The notes beneath the pieces were generated by a model. The model had not been told where the DNA came from and searched no databases. It saw only the letters and a list, made by a program, of their open reading frames with translations. Shown here piece after piece: positions 16,346 through 25,064 of a stretch of DNA of 38,406 nucleotides. The stretch's first letter is position 1. Each line of letters starts with the position of its first letter. The stretch comes from an uncultured Opitutia bacterium (GTDB lineage Bacteria; Verrucomicrobiota; Verrucomicrobiia; Opitutales; Opitutaceae), in contig CAIYFD010000313.1 in assembly GCA_903925425.1 (NCBI GenBank), positions 1-38,406 of the forward strand, in the 5' to 3' direction. A program made the translations under genes and the position numbers.

Positions 16346-17538
16346 GTCTGGAGCGAAGGCGATGCGCGCAGGAGGTCCGCCTGCCAGCGCAGCAGGTTGG
16401 CGTCGAGCTGGTCGGGGTCGCGGGCGATTTGGGCCAACTGGGCGCGGTTGGCGATGAGGGTGGCCTCGATGCCGAGCTTGGTGGCGATGGCGTCGCGGTC
16501 GGCCTTGATGCGGTCGAGCCGTGCCAGCTCGGTGTTGTTGAGCGGATTGAAGCGGGTGTCGCGCGCGGGGCGCCGCGGCAGGGTGGCGGGATCCTTGTCG
16601 AAGCCGGCGCGGACGGCGGCGGCGAGCGAGGGGAAGATGCGGTCGTGCCGCCGGCCGAGCTGGATCGGCTGGAGGATGGCCTCAGCGGTGGCGTTCTCCT
16701 CCCCGGAGTCGTAGGCGACCTGGAGAAGAAACTCATTCGAGCAGACCTTGAAGGGCGGCACGTCGAGGCGCTGGGCTTGGGACTCGCGCCAATGCCAGAT
16801 GGCATGGAGCACGGTGAGGCTGACGCCGCGCAGACGCTCGGACTTGCCGATGCGCCAGTCGTGTTCCGTGGCCGGGGCGAACCCGGCGGTGCCGGCCTCG
16901 ATCTGCGCCTCGCATTGCTGCTTCAGCCAGCCGTCGCGGCCCTTGTTTTTGAGCTCGCGCATCAGGATGTCGCGCAGGGCCGGGAGGTGCCAGACGTCGA
17001 GCGCGGCGTAATGGAGAAGCTTGGGGGTGATGGGGCGCTTGGACCAGTTGGCCTTCTGGCCGGACTTGTCGAGGGAGACGCCGAAATGCTCCTCGAGCAG
17101 AGCGGCCAGGCCGAAGCGGGACCGGCCGAGCAGCTGGGCGGCGAGCATGGTGTCGAAGACGCTGTGCGCGCGGAAACCGCAGAGGTCGTGGAGCAGGCGC
17201 AGGTCGAAGTCGCTGCCGTGCATCACGAGGTGCTTGCGGGCGAGGATCGGCCAGAGCGGCTTGAGGTCCATGCCCGGGGCGAGCACGTCGATCAGGAAAA
17301 CGCGCCCTTCGACCAGGAACTGCAGGAGGCAGACCCGGTTGCGGTAGTGGTACATGTTGTCCGCCTCGGTATCGAGGGAGACCTCATCGACCTGCCCGAG
17401 TGCGGCGAGGAAGGGCGCGAGGGCGTCGGGGCTGTCCACCATCTCGAAGGAGACGGGGCGGGCGGCTGCTTTGGGTCCGGGGGCGGCGTTGGCGCCAAAC
17501 AGTCGGCGGACTGAGCCGGGGATAAACCGGGAAATCAT
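16342..17538 (-). CDS. rnd: Ribonuclease D (3'-5' exonuclease plus HRDC domain)
   Basis: 398 aa with an ATG start. DEDD exonuclease motifs (LDTEADNMYHY, HGSDFDLRLL, YAALDVWHL) and a C-terminal HRDC-like region. Confidence 0.85.
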   Translation of the reverse strand: MISRFIPGSVRRLFGANAAPGPKAAARPVSFEMVDSPDALAPFLAALGQVDEVSLDTEADNMYHYRNRVCLLQFLVEGRVFLIDVLAPGMDLKPLWPILARKHLVMHGSDFDLRLLHDLCGFRAHSVFDTMLAAQLLGRSRFGLAALLEEHFGVSLDKSGQKANWSKRPITPKLLHYAALDVWHLPALRDILMRELKNKGRDGWLKQQCEAQIEAGTAGFAPATEHDWRIGKSERLRGVSLTVLHAIWHWRESQAQRLDVPPFKVCSNEFLLQVAYDSGEENATAEAILQPIQLGRRHDRIFPSLAAAVRAGFDKDPATLPRRPARDTRFNPLNNTELARLDRIKADRDAIATKLGIEATLIANRAQLAQIARDPDQLDANLLRWQADLLRASPSLQT

Positions 17539-17675
17539 GCGGAACGGCCGGCTGGGCTTGCGGGAAGGGTCATTGGGGCCATTTCAACCGCACAAGCCGC
17601 CGCCGATCAATTCCGGAAGCGAGCCGCCGAAATCTTTCTTGTGACTTTCCGGTCTTTATTGGCCATCTTGCTCCC

Positions 17676-18377
17676 ATGAAAGTCGTTGTGCTCTGCTCCG
17701 GCGGGATGGATTCGGTGACCGCGCTCCATTGGGCGGCGCGGGAGCACGACGTACAGGGGGTGGTGAGCTTCGATTACGGCTCAAAGCACAACCCCCGCGA
17801 ACTGCCCTTCGCGGCGGAGCAGGCGGCCCGGCTCGGGGTGCGGCATGAGGCGGTGGCGCTGCCGTTCATCGGCCAGTTGTTCGCCTCGGACCTGCTGGCC
17901 GGCGGCGGCCCGGTGCCGGACGGGCATTATGCGGACGAGAACATGCGGCGGACGGTGGTGCCGTTCCGCAACGCGATCATGCTCTCGATTGCGGCGGGCT
18001 TCGCCGAGAGCACCGGGGCGGAGGGCCTCGTGATCGCGGCGCACGCGGGGGACCATACGATCTACCCGGACTGCCGGGAGGATTTCATGCAGGCGATGGG
18101 CGACGCGATGCGGCTCGGCACCTACGCGGGGATCCGGCTGCTGCGGCCCTTCATCGCGCTGGACAAGGCGGCGATTGCCCGGGAAGGCGCCCGGCTGGGG
18201 GTGGACTTTTCGCGGACATATTCCTGCTACAAGGGCGGCGCGATCCATTGCGGCACCTGCGGCACCTGCGTGGAGCGCCGGGAGGCGTTTGCGCTGGCGG
18301 GGCTGAAGGACCCGACGGAGTATGCGTCAACGGCGGCGCTGCCGAAAGGGCCGGAGCTGAAAACATCGGGCTTGTAG
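17676..18377 (+). CDS. queC: 7-cyano-7-deazaguanine synthase
   Basis: 233 aa. N-terminal PP-loop VVLCSGGMDS and a C-terminal Zn-cysteine cluster (CYKGG..HCGTCGTCVER). Confidence 0.9.
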   Translation: MKVVVLCSGGMDSVTALHWAAREHDVQGVVSFDYGSKHNPRELPFAAEQAARLGVRHEAVALPFIGQLFASDLLAGGGPVPDGHYADENMRRTVVPFRNAIMLSIAAGFAESTGAEGLVIAAHAGDHTIYPDCREDFMQAMGDAMRLGTYAGIRLLRPFIALDKAAIAREGARLGVDFSRTYSCYKGGAIHCGTCGTCVERREAFALAGLKDPTEYASTAALPKGPELKTSGL

Positions 18378-18420
18378 GTCCCAGGGGACCTAGAGGGCTT
18401 ATGACCGGTCACAGTCCAAC

Positions 18421-19116
18421 ATGCTAATCTCCGAGATTTTCTACTCCTTGCAGGGTGAAGGTTCCCTTACCGGGGTGCCCTCGGTCTTTGTGCGGACGAG
18501 CGGCTGCAACCTGCGCTGCACGTGGTGCGACACGCCCTATGCGTCATGGAATCCCGAGGGTGAGCCGCGTACGGTCGACGCGATCGTGGCCGAGGTGCAG
18601 GGTCACCGCACGGCGCGGCATGTGGTGCTGACCGGCGGCGAACCGATGATCGCCAAGGAGATTTCCGTGCTGGCGGCCGAGCTCAAGATGCTGGGTTACC
18701 ACATCACGATCGAGACGGCGGGCACTGTGCCACCGGCCGGCATCGCCTGTGACCTCGGGTCCATTTCGCCGAAATTGCTGAACTCGACGCCGCAGCAGGC
18801 GGAGCACGCGGCGTGGCGGAAAAAGCACGAGGCGATCCGCTGGCAGCCGGCGGTGGTGCGCGCGTGGCTCGAGGCCTGTCCCTGGCAGCTCAAGTTCGTG
18901 GTGACGGCGCCGGGCGACGTCGACGAACTTGAGGGGATGCTGGATTCGCTCGGCCGCGAGGTTCCGCGGCACCAGGTTTTCCTCATGCCGGAGTCGACCA
19001 CGGCGGCGCGCCAGCACGAGCGCGCCGGCTGGCTGAGCGAGCTGTGCAAGGCGCGCGGGTTCCGTTACGCGCACCGGCTCCACCTTGACCTGTACGGCAA
19101 CCGCCGCGGCACATGA
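18421..19116 (+). CDS. queE: 7-carboxy-7-deazaguanine synthase (radical SAM)
   Basis: 231 aa. Begins EIFYSLQGEG and carries the radical-SAM cluster CNLRCTWCDT. Confidence 0.88.
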   Translation: MLISEIFYSLQGEGSLTGVPSVFVRTSGCNLRCTWCDTPYASWNPEGEPRTVDAIVAEVQGHRTARHVVLTGGEPMIAKEISVLAAELKMLGYHITIETAGTVPPAGIACDLGSISPKLLNSTPQQAEHAAWRKKHEAIRWQPAVVRAWLEACPWQLKFVVTAPGDVDELEGMLDSLGREVPRHQVFLMPESTTAARQHERAGWLSELCKARGFRYAHRLHLDLYGNRRGT

Positions 19117-19781
19117 GCGCATCCGCCCCGAACCCGGCGCCAGCGCCCGGGCGGCGGCCCCATCCGCCGGTCCGGAAGCTCTCGGAGGAACTGCGCCTGC
19201 TGCAGGAGCGCGCGAAGACCGAGGAGATCACGGCGCGGACGGTGATCGTGGCTCTCGGGGGGCGCGCCTATTCGCTGCTGCTGATCCTGCTCGCGCTGCC
19301 GTTCATCACTCCGATTCCGCTGCCGGGCCTGTCGACGCCCTTCGGCCTCGCGATCGTCCTGATCGCGCTGCGGCTGACGCTCGGGCAGCGTCCGTGGCTG
19401 CCGAAGACGTTCCAGCGCCGGGTGCTGCCGCCGAAATTCTTCGACCAGCTCATGCGGTTCGCGGGACGGATCATCGCCGGGTTTGAAAAACTGCTGCGTC
19501 CGCGCCTGGCGCTCCTCACCGATTACGGCTGGCAGCGTCAGGCCCACGCGGGCCTGATGATGATCTCGGGCCTGGCGCTGCTTCTCCCGCTGCCGATCCC
19601 GTTCACTAATTCGTTTCCGGCGTGGGTGGTGGTGCTGATGGCGGGCGGCCTGCTGGAGCGCGACGGGGTCTTTGTCACAGCGGCCTATGCGATGTTCGCC
19701 GCGGGCATCCTCTACTTTGTCCTCCTCGGCGAGGCCGCGGCCAAGCTGATGGAACGGCTCGGGCACTGGATCATGGGGTGA
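19113..19781 (+). CDS. exoD: Exopolysaccharide biosynthesis protein ExoD family (membrane)
   Basis: 222 aa. Its ATG overlaps the queE stop (ATGA). ExoD-like layout: GGRAYSLLLILLALPFITPIPLPGLSTPFG, followed by further transmembrane segments. Confidence 0.7.
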   Translation: MSASAPNPAPAPGRRPHPPVRKLSEELRLLQERAKTEEITARTVIVALGGRAYSLLLILLALPFITPIPLPGLSTPFGLAIVLIALRLTLGQRPWLPKTFQRRVLPPKFFDQLMRFAGRIIAGFEKLLRPRLALLTDYGWQRQAHAGLMMISGLALLLPLPIPFTNSFPAWVVVLMAGGLLERDGVFVTAAYAMFAAGILYFVLLGEAAAKLMERLGHWIMG

Positions 19782-19792
19782 GTCTGAGGTAG

Positions 19793-19851
19793 GGCTGAGA
19801 CGGTGCCTCAGCCGCGATGATATTCGATCCGGCGGACTCACCGAGTCCGCC
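19793..19851. terminator. Two GC-rich hairpins in the convergent gap between exoD and the feo operon
   Basis: ggctgag-N7-ctcagcc (19793-19813) and ggcggactc-acc-gagtccgcc (19831-19851, 9-bp perfect stem). Neither has a clear U-tract. Confidence 0.4.
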
Positions 19852-19881
19852 CTGCCTTCGCCAGCGCGAACCATGCACTAC

Positions 19882-20025
19882 TCAGTGCTTCGTCAGTTTT
19901 GTCCCGCAGCCGCAGTCGCTGCCGCAGCCGGGATGCTTCTTTTTCGCGAAGGCGCGGCGCGCAAGCCAGAGCGCGGCGATGGCGACCACGGCGAGGGCGA
20001 GCAGGGATTGGACTTCGGCGGTCAT
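19882..20025 (-). CDS. FeoB-associated Cys-rich small membrane protein
   Basis: Hand-translated 47-aa ORF that is absent from the ORF track: MTAEVQSLLALAVVAIAALWLARRAFAKKKHPGCGSDCGCGTKLTKH. It has one transmembrane helix and a C-terminal GCGSDCGCG cluster. It lies 15 nt downstream of feoB. Confidence 0.7.
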   Translation of the reverse strand: MTAEVQSLLALAVVAIAALWLARRAFAKKKHPGCGSDCGCGTKLTKH

Positions 20026-20040
20026 GGAGAGTGGAACGGT

Positions 20041-22176
20041 TCAGAAGCCGAGCCCGCGCCCGACCTGGTACACCAGTAGCGCAAGAATCCACGCGGTGCC
20101 AGTCATGTAAGCGGTTTGGAAGAGCGGCCATTTCCAGCTGTTGGTCTCGCGCTTCACGATCGCGATGGTGCTGATGCACTGCATGGCAAAGACGTAGAAG
20201 ATCATCAGGCCGAAGCACACCAGCGGGGTAAAAAGCATGCGGCCGTCGGGCCAGCGCGCCTTGAGCAGGGCCGAGCGGAGCGGCGCGGTGTCGCCGTCGT
20301 CGGCCTCGGCGTTGAAGACCACGCCCATGGTGCTGACGAAGACCTCGCGGGCGGCGAAGGAGCTGATGAGCCCGATGCCGATCTGCCAGTCGAAGCCGAG
20401 CGGCTTGATGACCGGCTCAAGGGCGTGCCCGGCCATGCCGGCGAAGCTGCCCGAGAGCTGTTCGGAAGGCGACGCACCGGCGGGGGCCTTGGGGTAGGCG
20501 GAGAGGAACCAGAGCACGATGCTGATGCCGAGGATCACGGTGCCCGCGCGACGGAGGAAGATCCAGGCGCGCTCCAGCATGTGGAGACCGACGTCCTTCA
20601 CGCCTGGCATGCGGTAGGGCGGCAGCTCCATGATCATCATCGGCGGGACGCCCTTGAGGAGGGTGCGCTTGAAGAGCCAGGCAAAGCCGAAGGCCGCGAA
20701 GGTGCCGAGGAAGTACATCAGGAACATGATGCCGACCTTGGTCGTCAGGGGCACCCGCTCGGCGGGCAGGAGCGCGGCGATCATGAGGAGATAGACTGGG
20801 AGCCGCGCCGAGCAGCTCATCAGCGGGGCGACGAGGATGGTGACCAGGCGGTCCTTGGGATCCTCGATCGTGCGCGTCGCCATGATGCCCGGGATGGCGC
20901 AGGCGTAGGAGCTGAGCAGCGGGATGAAGGATTTGCCGTTGAGTCCCACGCGGCTCATCAGGCGGTCCATGATGAAGGCGGCGCGCGCCATGTAGCCGGT
21001 GCTCTCCAGCAGCCCGATGAAGAAAAACAGGATCAGGATCTGCGGGAGAAAAATCACCACTCCGCCCACGCCGGAGATGGCACCGTCGGTGATGAGGTCG
21101 CGCAGGTCGCCCGGAGCCATCGAACCTTTGACCCAGTCCGCGAGCGCAGCGATGTGACGGTCGATCCAGTTCATCGGGTACTCCGCGAGGGTGAAGATGC
21201 TGACGAAGATCAGGCACATCACCGCCCCGAGGGTGATCCACCCCCAGATCGGATGGGTCACGACGGCGTCGATGCGGTCGCTCGGGCTCGGCCCCTGGCC
21301 GGCGGTGCCGGGCTGGACGACCTCGGCGGCGATCCGGCCGATTGCGTCGTAGCGCGAGGAGACGAGCGTGCCGGCCCAATCCATGTTCTCGGCGGACCAG
21401 CGTTTCTGCCAACCGGCGAGGATCTCGGTGGTGCGGGCGCTGAGCGGCGTGGAGCCGGCGACGCGCACGGAATCCTGGTCGGTGAGGAGGAGGAGGGACT
21501 CGGCGCGGGCGATGAGGGGGGATTTTGCGTCGTGCGCGACGAGCGAGGCCTGGATTTCCGCGACGGCGGGGGCAATGGCGCCGGGGACGTCCCACGCATG
21601 GCGCGAGAGCGGCAGGTCGGCGCGGCTCATGGCGAGCCGGAGCTCGATCAGGCCCTTGCCGCGGACGGCTTCGCAGGGAATGACGGGCACGCCGAGTTCC
21701 TGCGCGAGTTTGTCGGGGAAAACCGCCATGCCCGCCTCGGCGGCGAGGTCCATCATGTTGAGGACCACGATCACCGGGCGCCCGAGGTCTAGCACCTGGT
21801 GGACGAGGTAGAGGTTCCGCTCGAGGTTGGTGGCGTCGACGATGCAGAGAATGCGGTCGGGCTGGGCGGTGTCGGAGCGGCGCCCGAGCAGCACGTCGCG
21901 GGTCACGGCCTCGTCGGGCGAGCGGGCGGCGAGCGAGTAGGCGCCGGGCAGGTCGATGACGGTGAGTGGCTGGCCGTGCTGGGAATAGGCGGTGCCGACC
22001 TTTTTCTCGACGGTCACGCCGGGATAATTACCGACCTTCTGCTTCAGCCCGGTGAGGGCGTTGAAGAGGGTGCTCTTGCCGCAGTTGGGGTTGCCGACCA
22101 ACGCGTAGACCGGAGCGCGCGCCGGGGCGGCGTTGCGCTTGGGCGCCGGTGGGTTGATATGCGCTGGCAGTTGCAC
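20041..22176 (-). CDS. feoB: Ferrous iron transporter B
   Basis: 711 aa with a GTG start. N-terminal G-domain GNPNCGKSTLFNALTG, then DLPG and a long polytopic permease domain. Confidence 0.92.
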   Translation of the reverse strand: MQLPAHINPPAPKRNAAPARAPVYALVGNPNCGKSTLFNALTGLKQKVGNYPGVTVEKKVGTAYSQHGQPLTVIDLPGAYSLAARSPDEAVTRDVLLGRRSDTAQPDRILCIVDATNLERNLYLVHQVLDLGRPVIVVLNMMDLAAEAGMAVFPDKLAQELGVPVIPCEAVRGKGLIELRLAMSRADLPLSRHAWDVPGAIAPAVAEIQASLVAHDAKSPLIARAESLLLLTDQDSVRVAGSTPLSARTTEILAGWQKRWSAENMDWAGTLVSSRYDAIGRIAAEVVQPGTAGQGPSPSDRIDAVVTHPIWGWITLGAVMCLIFVSIFTLAEYPMNWIDRHIAALADWVKGSMAPGDLRDLITDGAISGVGGVVIFLPQILILFFFIGLLESTGYMARAAFIMDRLMSRVGLNGKSFIPLLSSYACAIPGIMATRTIEDPKDRLVTILVAPLMSCSARLPVYLLMIAALLPAERVPLTTKVGIMFLMYFLGTFAAFGFAWLFKRTLLKGVPPMMIMELPPYRMPGVKDVGLHMLERAWIFLRRAGTVILGISIVLWFLSAYPKAPAGASPSEQLSGSFAGMAGHALEPVIKPLGFDWQIGIGLISSFAAREVFVSTMGVVFNAEADDGDTAPLRSALLKARWPDGRMLFTPLVCFGLMIFYVFAMQCISTIAIVKRETNSWKWPLFQTAYMTGTAWILALLVYQVGRGLGF

Positions 22177-22208
22177 GGCTTGAAGCAGGGGGGCAGGTCG
22201 CCGGCCGG

Positions 22209-22457
22209 TCAGGCCGCGCCGTCCGTAAGCAGCTCGACCTCGATCTGCTGGGCCTCGGCGCGGCGGACCGATAGGAGATAACCGCGCAGCTTGAATTCCA
22301 GCGGGTCGCCCATCGGGGCGGCGCGGACAAAGGTGACCACGGTGCCGGTGAGCAGGCCCATTTCGCGCAGCCGGATAAACGTGGTTCCGCTTTTTGGAAG
22401 ATCCTTCACCCGGGCCCGGGCGCCGGGCTGGAGCGCGGAGAGATTCGTGGCGGACAT
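22209..22457 (-). CDS. feoA: FeoA family protein (second copy)
   Basis: 82 aa from the internal ATG at 22457 (MSATNLSALQPGARARVKDL...RLREMGLLTGTVVTFVR..P.GDP). SH3-like FeoA signature. Confidence 0.8.
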   Translation of the reverse strand: MSATNLSALQPGARARVKDLPKSGTTFIRLREMGLLTGTVVTFVRAAPMGDPLEFKLRGYLLSVRRAEAQQIEVELLTDGAA

Positions 22458-22486
22458 CGGCGGAGAGGGCGACCGGCGCGGCCGGC

Positions 22487-22780
22487 TCAGGCCCGGCGCG
22501 ATTCGGTCCGCGGAGGCACCGGCACGCGCTCCACGAGGATGTTCATGGCCGCCGAGTGATTGAGAGCGATCCGGGTGCCGTTCACCTGGCAAAGGCTGGT
22601 GGTCGTGCCCGAGATTTTGGTGATCAAGGCCGCTTCGCCGCAGCCCATCTCACGGAGCCGCTGGCAAAACCCCTCGTCGCCGGTGATGGCCTGAACACGA
22701 CCGACGGCACCAGCGGGAAGCTGGCAGAGCGGCAGGCGGGCGATGGGTGAGGGCGCGGGCACGTGGTGAACAGGATCCAC
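22487..22780 (-). CDS. feoA: FeoA family protein (first copy)
   Basis: 97 aa with a GTG start. Has LCQLPAGAVGRVQAI.GDEGFCQRLREMGCGEAALITKI. Confidence 0.75.
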   Translation of the reverse strand: MDPVHHVPAPSPIARLPLCQLPAGAVGRVQAITGDEGFCQRLREMGCGEAALITKISGTTTSLCQVNGTRIALNHSAAMNILVERVPVPPRTESRRA

Positions 22781-22794
22781 TTGAGACTAAGTTT

Positions 22795-22814
22795 CAATGT
22801 CAATAAGCATACAT
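22795..22814. promoter_or_regulatory. AT-rich patch upstream of feoA with weak Fur-box-like character
   Basis: caatgtcaataagcatacat is the only AT-rich stretch in the feoA/GH28 divergent region. It matches roughly 10 of 16 positions of the AATGATAATCATTATC core by eye. The minus strand also carries a TTGACA hexamer. Confidence 0.25.
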
Positions 22815-23035
22815 AAGGTCTTGTCGATGTGAGGCTGAGCGAGTTTGCCGCGGCCGCAGGGGGAGGTGGTCGCGGGTTTTCCAAACCCGGAGCGGCCTGC
22901 CGTCAGGCCAGGCGAGCACTCTGCTGGACGGCAACGTCGGCTAAACGGTAAAGCGATCCCTTGCTTGCAGAAGCCCCGGTCGCAGACGCACATTGAGGCG
23001 CAATTCAACCCCCCCGGCCGTTCCGGGTTTACCCC

Positions 23036-25051
23036 ATGAAACTCCCCTCCTTGCGCCAGCTTTGCTGCGTCTTCGTGTTTGCGGGTGTCGCCGCCCATCC
23101 GACCCGGGCCGCCGAACCCGCGGCAACTGTTTATAATGTTCGTGCTTTCGGCGCGACCGGCGATGGCAAGACGATCGATTCCAGTGCCATCAACCGTGCG
23201 ATCGACGCCGCGGCGGCCGCGGGCGGCGGACAGGTCCTGCTCCCGCCGGGAAATTACCTGAGCTACACCATCCGCCTGAAGAGCAACATCGACCTGCACC
23301 TCGAGCGCGGCGCGACCCTCATCGCCGCCGACCAGCCGGCCGCGGGCCAGCCCGGCTACGATCCGCACGAGCCCAACCGTTTCAGCGATCTCGTCTATCA
23401 GGACTTCGGCCACGGCCATTGGCAGAACAGCCTCATCTGGGGCGAGAACCTCGACCACATTTCCATCACGGGCATGGGCACCATCTGGGGTCGGGGCCTG
23501 CTCCGGAACGGCGGTGAGACCCAGGGCCAGGGCAACAAGTCCATCGCGCTCAAGCTCTGCAAGAACGTCGACCTCCGCGATTTCTCCGTGCTGCAGGGCG
23601 GCTGGTTCGTGCTCCTCGCCACCGGCGTGGACAACATGACGATCAGCAACATCAAGGTGGACACCAACCGCGACGGCTTCGACATCGACTGCTGCCGCAA
23701 CGTGCGGATCTCCGATTGCACGATCAACTCGCCGCTCGATGACGCCATCGTCCTGAAGAGTTCCTACGGTCTCGGCTATGCGCGCTCCACCGACAACGTC
23801 ACGATCACGGGATGCCAGGTCAGCGGCTACACGATGGGCACCTTCTTCGACGGCACCTACCAAGTCCCGGCCAACGGCGGCGGCACCGGCCGCATCAAGT
23901 TCGGCACCGAGTCGAACGGCGGTTTCCGCAATATCACGATCTCGAATTGCATCCTCGTTTACTGCAACGGCCTCGCGATCGAGAGCGTCGACGGCGCGAT
24001 CATCGAGGACGTGACGATCAGCAACATCGCGATGGAGCACATCTCCAACCCGCCGATCTTCGTGCGCCTCGGCGCGCGTATGCGCGGACCCGAGGGTATT
24101 CCGGTCGGCGTCATCCGCCGGCTCAACATCAACAACGTGGTCGTCGGCTACGGCGCGTCGCGCGCCGCCTCCATCATCAGCGGGATTCCCGGCCACCCGG
24201 TCGAGGACATCAGCCTGAGCAACATCCGCATCCTCTACACCGGGGGCGACGGCCCGGCCGGTGTTGTCCTGCCGAATGCCTCCGCGGAACAGACCGCCGC
24301 GGCCAACCTGCTGGCCATTGAAACCGTTGCCCTGCGCACCGCGGTCGCCAACGCGCGCAATGCCCTGACCGCGGCCTCGCTGTCCGCTCCCAATGACAAG
24401 GCCGGTCTCACCGCGAAGGCCCAGACTCTTGCCGCGGCGGACCAGGCGCTGGCCGCGGCGCGCGCGGTTGGTTTTGCCAAGCTCCAGGGGGCGGCCAACA
24501 AATTGAACGCCGAGCAGAAGACCGCGTTGGTCGCGGCCAATGGCAGTCCGGCCGCCGCGCCGCCCGCGGCCGGCGGCGCCGGCCGCACCGGCGGGCGTGG
24601 CACCGGGTTGCCCGCAGCGGGCTCGGACCCGTTCGGCGTCCCGGAACTCGAGGATGTTTATCCCGAGCCGACAATGTTCGGAAATCTTCCGGCGTACGGC
24701 CTTTACCTGCGCCACGTGCGCGACCTGTCGATGGACCACGTCGACCTCAGCCTCACCAAGAGCGAATACCGTCCGCCCATCATGATGTACGATGTCACCG
24801 GTGCGCATTTCGAGCACATGCGCGTGCAGGCGGCCGCCGGTGTCCCGGTCTTCATGCTCAACAAGGTCACGGATTTCTCGACCGAGAAGTTCACGGGCCT
24901 CGCTGATCTGCACCGCGACAAGGTCGACCATGAATCCATTTTCGGCACCGGCCTGCCCGCCCCGGGTTCCACGTACAAAGTTGCCGCTCCCGCCGAGAAT
25001 GTGCCCGAGAGCGCGAATATTCCGATCCGGCCCTCGCCGCGTCCGCTTTGA
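23036..25051 (+). CDS. Secreted glycoside hydrolase family 28 / pectate-lyase-fold protein with an inserted Ala-rich module
   Basis: 671 aa. A signal peptide is followed by YNVRAFGATGDGKTIDSSAINRAIDAA and beta-helix repeats (NRDGFDIDCCRNV, SPLDDAIVLKS, GRIKFGTES). An insertion of about 125 aa (roughly residues 406-532) precedes the VPELEDVYPEP segment. Confidence 0.8.
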   Translation: MKLPSLRQLCCVFVFAGVAAHPTRAAEPAATVYNVRAFGATGDGKTIDSSAINRAIDAAAAAGGGQVLLPPGNYLSYTIRLKSNIDLHLERGATLIAADQPAAGQPGYDPHEPNRFSDLVYQDFGHGHWQNSLIWGENLDHISITGMGTIWGRGLLRNGGETQGQGNKSIALKLCKNVDLRDFSVLQGGWFVLLATGVDNMTISNIKVDTNRDGFDIDCCRNVRISDCTINSPLDDAIVLKSSYGLGYARSTDNVTITGCQVSGYTMGTFFDGTYQVPANGGGTGRIKFGTESNGGFRNITISNCILVYCNGLAIESVDGAIIEDVTISNIAMEHISNPPIFVRLGARMRGPEGIPVGVIRRLNINNVVVGYGASRAASIISGIPGHPVEDISLSNIRILYTGGDGPAGVVLPNASAEQTAAANLLAIETVALRTAVANARNALTAASLSAPNDKAGLTAKAQTLAAADQALAAARAVGFAKLQGAANKLNAEQKTALVAANGSPAAAPPAAGGAGRTGGRGTGLPAAGSDPFGVPELEDVYPEPTMFGNLPAYGLYLRHVRDLSMDHVDLSLTKSEYRPPIMMYDVTGAHFEHMRVQAAAGVPVFMLNKVTDFSTEKFTGLADLHRDKVDHESIFGTGLPAPGSTYKVAAPAENVPESANIPIRPSPRPL

Positions 25052-25064
25052 TTTTCGTTTCACC

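Noticed and set aside
17539-17675. preQ1 riboswitch in the queC leader
   Set aside because: No compact hairpin followed by an A-rich ...AAAAAACUA-type tail could be found by eye on the + strand.
18378-18420. Palindromes taggtccc-ag-gggaccta and tgaccggtca between queC and queE
   Set aside because: They are real in the sequence but short, in a 43-bp intercistronic spacer, and have no second copy or obvious partner. Too little evidence to call a regulatory site.
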